Source of the DNA: Coriobacteriaceae bacterium
GTDB lineage: Bacteria > Bacillota > Clostridia > Lachnospirales > Lachnospiraceae
Length of the DNA: 64,000 nt
NCBI GenBank assembly: GCA_963649395.1
Contig: CAVJHW010000001.1
Location: forward strand, 241-64,240
Direction of reading: 5' to 3'
A program made the translations under genes and the position numbers. Below are positions 61,304-64,000 of the stretch, in pieces (position 1 is the stretch's first letter; each line of letters starts with the position of its first letter). The notes beneath the pieces were generated by a model, which was not told the DNA's origin, made no database searches, and saw nothing but the letters and a program-made list of their open reading frames with translations.

Positions 61304-61936
61304 ATGTCGAAAATTGATGATGTTGCTGCATTGGTAGAAAAAGGTAAGGCAAAACAGATTGGTGCTGCTGTACAGGCTGCTATTGATGACGGATGTGATC
61401 CCACCGAGATCCTGAACAAGGGTATGATCGATGCCATGGGCGTTGTAGGTGAGAAGTTCAAGAACAACGAGATCTTCGTTCCTGAGATGCTGGTTGCAGC
61501 CAAGGCCATGAAGAAGGGTGTTGAGGTTCTGAAACCCCATCTGTCCAGTGGTACTACAGGTGCTCTTGGAAAGGTTATCATTGCTACCGTAGCAGGCGAC
61601 CTGCATGATATCGGTAAGAACCTGGTAGCTATGATGATTGAGTCCGCAGGTTTCGAAGTGCTTGACCTGGGCGTGGATGTTCCGATTGACAAGATCATTG
61701 CTGCTGTAAATGAGAATCCTGACACTAAGATCGTTGCTCTGTCCGCTCTGCTGACAACTACAATGCCGTCTCTGCGCGACACTGTTGCTGCCCTGAACGG
61801 TGCTCCTTTCCGCAGCAATATCAAGATCATGGTTGGTGGTGCTCCCATTACCCAGGCATTTTCTGATGAGATTGGTGCTGACGGATATTCCGAGGATGCA
61901 GCTTCCGCAGCTACTCTGGCTAAATCATTGGCATAA
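61304..61936 (+). CDS. Corrinoid (cobalamin-binding) protein
   Basis: EIFVPEML cap domain; DLHDIGKN (DxHxxG), SALLTTT and MVGGAP motifs. Confidence 0.93.
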   Translation: MSKIDDVAALVEKGKAKQIGAAVQAAIDDGCDPTEILNKGMIDAMGVVGEKFKNNEIFVPEMLVAAKAMKKGVEVLKPHLSSGTTGALGKVIIATVAGDLHDIGKNLVAMMIESAGFEVLDLGVDVPIDKIIAAVNENPDTKIVALSALLTTTMPSLRDTVAALNGAPFRSNIKIMVGGAPITQAFSDEIGADGYSEDAASAATLAKSLA

Positions 61937-61979
61937 TAAAGATTTGGGTGCTTTGATACCCAGACCAAGTTTGAGAGTG

Positions 61980-62018
61980 AGCACCCCAGCGCTGAAGCTT
62001 CAGCGCCGGGGTGCTTTT
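61980..62018 (+). terminator. Internal terminator/attenuating hairpin
   Basis: AGCACCCC(a)GCGCTGAA-gc-TTCAGCGC(c)GGGGTGCT-TTT. Confidence 0.75.
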
Positions 62019-62038
62019 GCTTGCGAGGGATGACGGAT

Positions 62039-63646
62039 ATGGACAAGAAGTATAGGGTTACATTTCTGCCGCAAAATATCCTACAGGAAGTAGGAGAGGG
62101 AGTAAGTATTTTGGAGGCAGAGCAGATGGCCGGACTGGAGCCGGACGCTCCCTGCGGCGGCAAGGGAAATTGCGGCAAATGCAAGGTGAATATCCTTGCC
62201 GGAAAGCAGCTAGGTGTAGTTCTGGCCTGTCAAACCATGATCGACTGTGATATGAAGGTGGATACCCTGTCACAGGAAAAGGTACAGAAGATCCTGACCG
62301 AAGGCTCCACCCGACAGGTGGAGATGGATCCGGGCGTAGGATTTGTCAAAGGAGAAGAAGATAAGCCATTTTATCTCATGGCTTTTGATATAGGAACTAC
62401 CACGGTGGTGGGCTATCTGTTGGATGGTCATACCGGGGCGGAGCTGAGCGTCGCCAGTATGATGAACCCCCAGCACCAATTTGGTGCCGATGTGATTTCC
62501 AGGGCCAATTATGTCCTGGAGCATGGGGGGCAGGAGATGCAGGCGGTCATTCATCGGGCCTTGAACCAGCTGATCGCCCAGGCTTGCAAGGATGCAGGCA
62601 TCAAGAAGGAGGAGATCTTGCAAGTGTCGGTGGTGGGAAATACCTGTATGCACCACCTCTTTCTGGGAATTTCCCCGGATTCCCTGGTGCATGCTCCCTA
62701 TCTGCCGGCGGTAAAGGATGGGATGATTCTGGAGGCAGCTGACCAGGACATTCATATTGGTCCGGGGGGCAAGCTGCTGATGCTGCCCAATATCGCCGGA
62801 TTTGTAGGGGCGGATACCGTAGGCTGTATGCTGTCGGTGGCCTTCGACCAGCTGGATCCCATCACCTTGATGATCGATATCGGAACCAACGGCGAGCTGG
62901 TTATGGGAAATAAGGACCGCATGGTTGCCACCTCCACCGCCGCCGGGCCCGCCTTCGAGGGAGCCAAGATCGAATGCGGTATGCGGGGGTCCAAGGGGGC
63001 CATCAGCCATGTGACGGTGGGACCCAAGGGTCTGGAGCTGGAGGTCATTGAGAATGTCAAACCCATCGGCATCTGCGGCTCCGGTCTGATCGATATTGTG
63101 GCCTTTATGATCCGCTATGGATTTGTAGATAATTACGGCAGTCTCTGTGACGCAGAGGATCTGGAGGATCCATTTGCCAAAAGTCAGGCCTATCGCATTC
63201 AGGAAAAGGACGGAAAGGCGGTCTTTGTTCTGGCCTTTGCAGAGGAAACAGGCAGCGGAAGGGATGTCTACATCAGTCAGAAGGATATCCGAGAGGTGCA
63301 GCTGGCCAAGGGAGCTATTGCAGCCGGGATCCAGATTATGGCAGCCAAGCTGGCCATCCGCCCGGATCAGATTCAGCAGGTCTTCCTGGCAGGTGCCTTC
63401 GGTAATTACATGGATGCGGGAAATGCTTGCGAGATCGGCCTGATTCCCTATGAGCTGCGGGACCGGATCCTTCCCATTGGAAATGCTGCCGGAGAGGGGT
63501 CCAAGCTGGCGGTGATGAATCGGGGCGAGTACAAATACGCCTGCGCCTTAGCCAAAAAGGCGGAATTCGTCGAACTGGCCACGGAAAGCTGCTTCCAGGA
63601 TACCTTCGTAGATGAATTAGAGTTTGCACGGGCGGTAGAAAGGTGA
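62039..63646 (+). CDS. ATP-dependent reductive activator of corrinoid enzymes (RACE/ASKHA, N-terminal 2Fe-2S)
   Basis: CGGKGNCGKC...LAC, DIGTTT, DIGTNGE, AAGPAFEG, GICGSG and LAGAFG motifs. Confidence 0.9.
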   Translation: MDKKYRVTFLPQNILQEVGEGVSILEAEQMAGLEPDAPCGGKGNCGKCKVNILAGKQLGVVLACQTMIDCDMKVDTLSQEKVQKILTEGSTRQVEMDPGVGFVKGEEDKPFYLMAFDIGTTTVVGYLLDGHTGAELSVASMMNPQHQFGADVISRANYVLEHGGQEMQAVIHRALNQLIAQACKDAGIKKEEILQVSVVGNTCMHHLFLGISPDSLVHAPYLPAVKDGMILEAADQDIHIGPGGKLLMLPNIAGFVGADTVGCMLSVAFDQLDPITLMIDIGTNGELVMGNKDRMVATSTAAGPAFEGAKIECGMRGSKGAISHVTVGPKGLELEVIENVKPIGICGSGLIDIVAFMIRYGFVDNYGSLCDAEDLEDPFAKSQAYRIQEKDGKAVFVLAFAEETGSGRDVYISQKDIREVQLAKGAIAAGIQIMAAKLAIRPDQIQQVFLAGAFGNYMDAGNACEIGLIPYELRDRILPIGNAAGEGSKLAVMNRGEYKYACALAKKAEFVELATESCFQDTFVDELEFARAVER

Positions 63647-63683
63647 TAAGATAGAACTGGAGAATAAACCAGGAGGCCGTCTT

Positions 63684-64000
63684 ATGCCTTATGATCAGAT
63701 AGAAAATGCACTTATGCAAGGGAATCCCCGTTTAGCCGCCCGGCTGATTCGGGAGGCGCTGGACCGAGGAGAAAAAGCAAGAGATATACTGGAGGGAGGG
63801 CTCTTAAGTGCCATGCGCCAGATGGGGATGGATTTCCAGGAGGATGAGGGAGACATCGCCAAGGTTTTGGCTTGTGCCAGAGCCATGAAGGCCGGGCTGG
63901 CGGAGCTGGAGCCCTACCTGGAGAATGACAAAGGGGAATGTAAGGGAAAGGTGATTCTGGGAACCGCTGGAGGCGATCTCCATGATTTGGGGAAGAATAT
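63684..64000 (+). CDS. Second, divergent corrinoid protein (3'-partial)
   Basis: Hand translation gives MPYDQIENALMQG...KGKVILGTAGGDLHDLGKN; SD AGGAGG. Confidence 0.85.
   Translation, partial: MPYDQIENALMQGNPRLAARLIREALDRGEKARDILEGGLLSAMRQMGMDFQEDEGDIAKVLACARAMKAGLAELEPYLENDKGECKGKVILGTAGGDLHDLGKN

Overview
64-kb chromosomal window from a GC-rich Clostridia genome, probably Lachnospiraceae (inferred from gene content and order). It is mostly housekeeping genes: holB-ricT-yabB-rsmI, hpf, secA, prfB with its +1 frameshift, asnS, yhaON, hisA, hisC, trkAH, pth-mfd, a prsA-like gene and lgt. It also carries two ABC exporter loci, a NiaR-controlled transporter, and the start of a PucR-linked corrinoid methyltransferase cluster. 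I found no tRNA, rRNA, CRISPR array, integrase or transposase. The standout signal is an unannotated ~700-nt minus-strand transcription unit (31990-31291, ~39% GC by hand count). It has a near-consensus sigma-A promoter, an intrinsic terminator, paired 5'/3' ends, several long-range G-U-rich helices, GNRA/UNCG tetraloops, a possible pseudoknot and 7 copies of UAUGA. This points to a large ornate non-coding RNA lying directly upstream of an apparently leaderless pseudouridine synthase gene. Other notable signals are a dispersed 17-bp REP/MITE-like motif (6 copies, one supplying the mfd stop codon), four 23-bp iteron-like repeats abutting the promoter of an AAA_14/DUF4143 gene, a two-gene deletion scar, and a possible split methionine synthase/O-demethylase system. 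All calls were made by eye, with no database searches.
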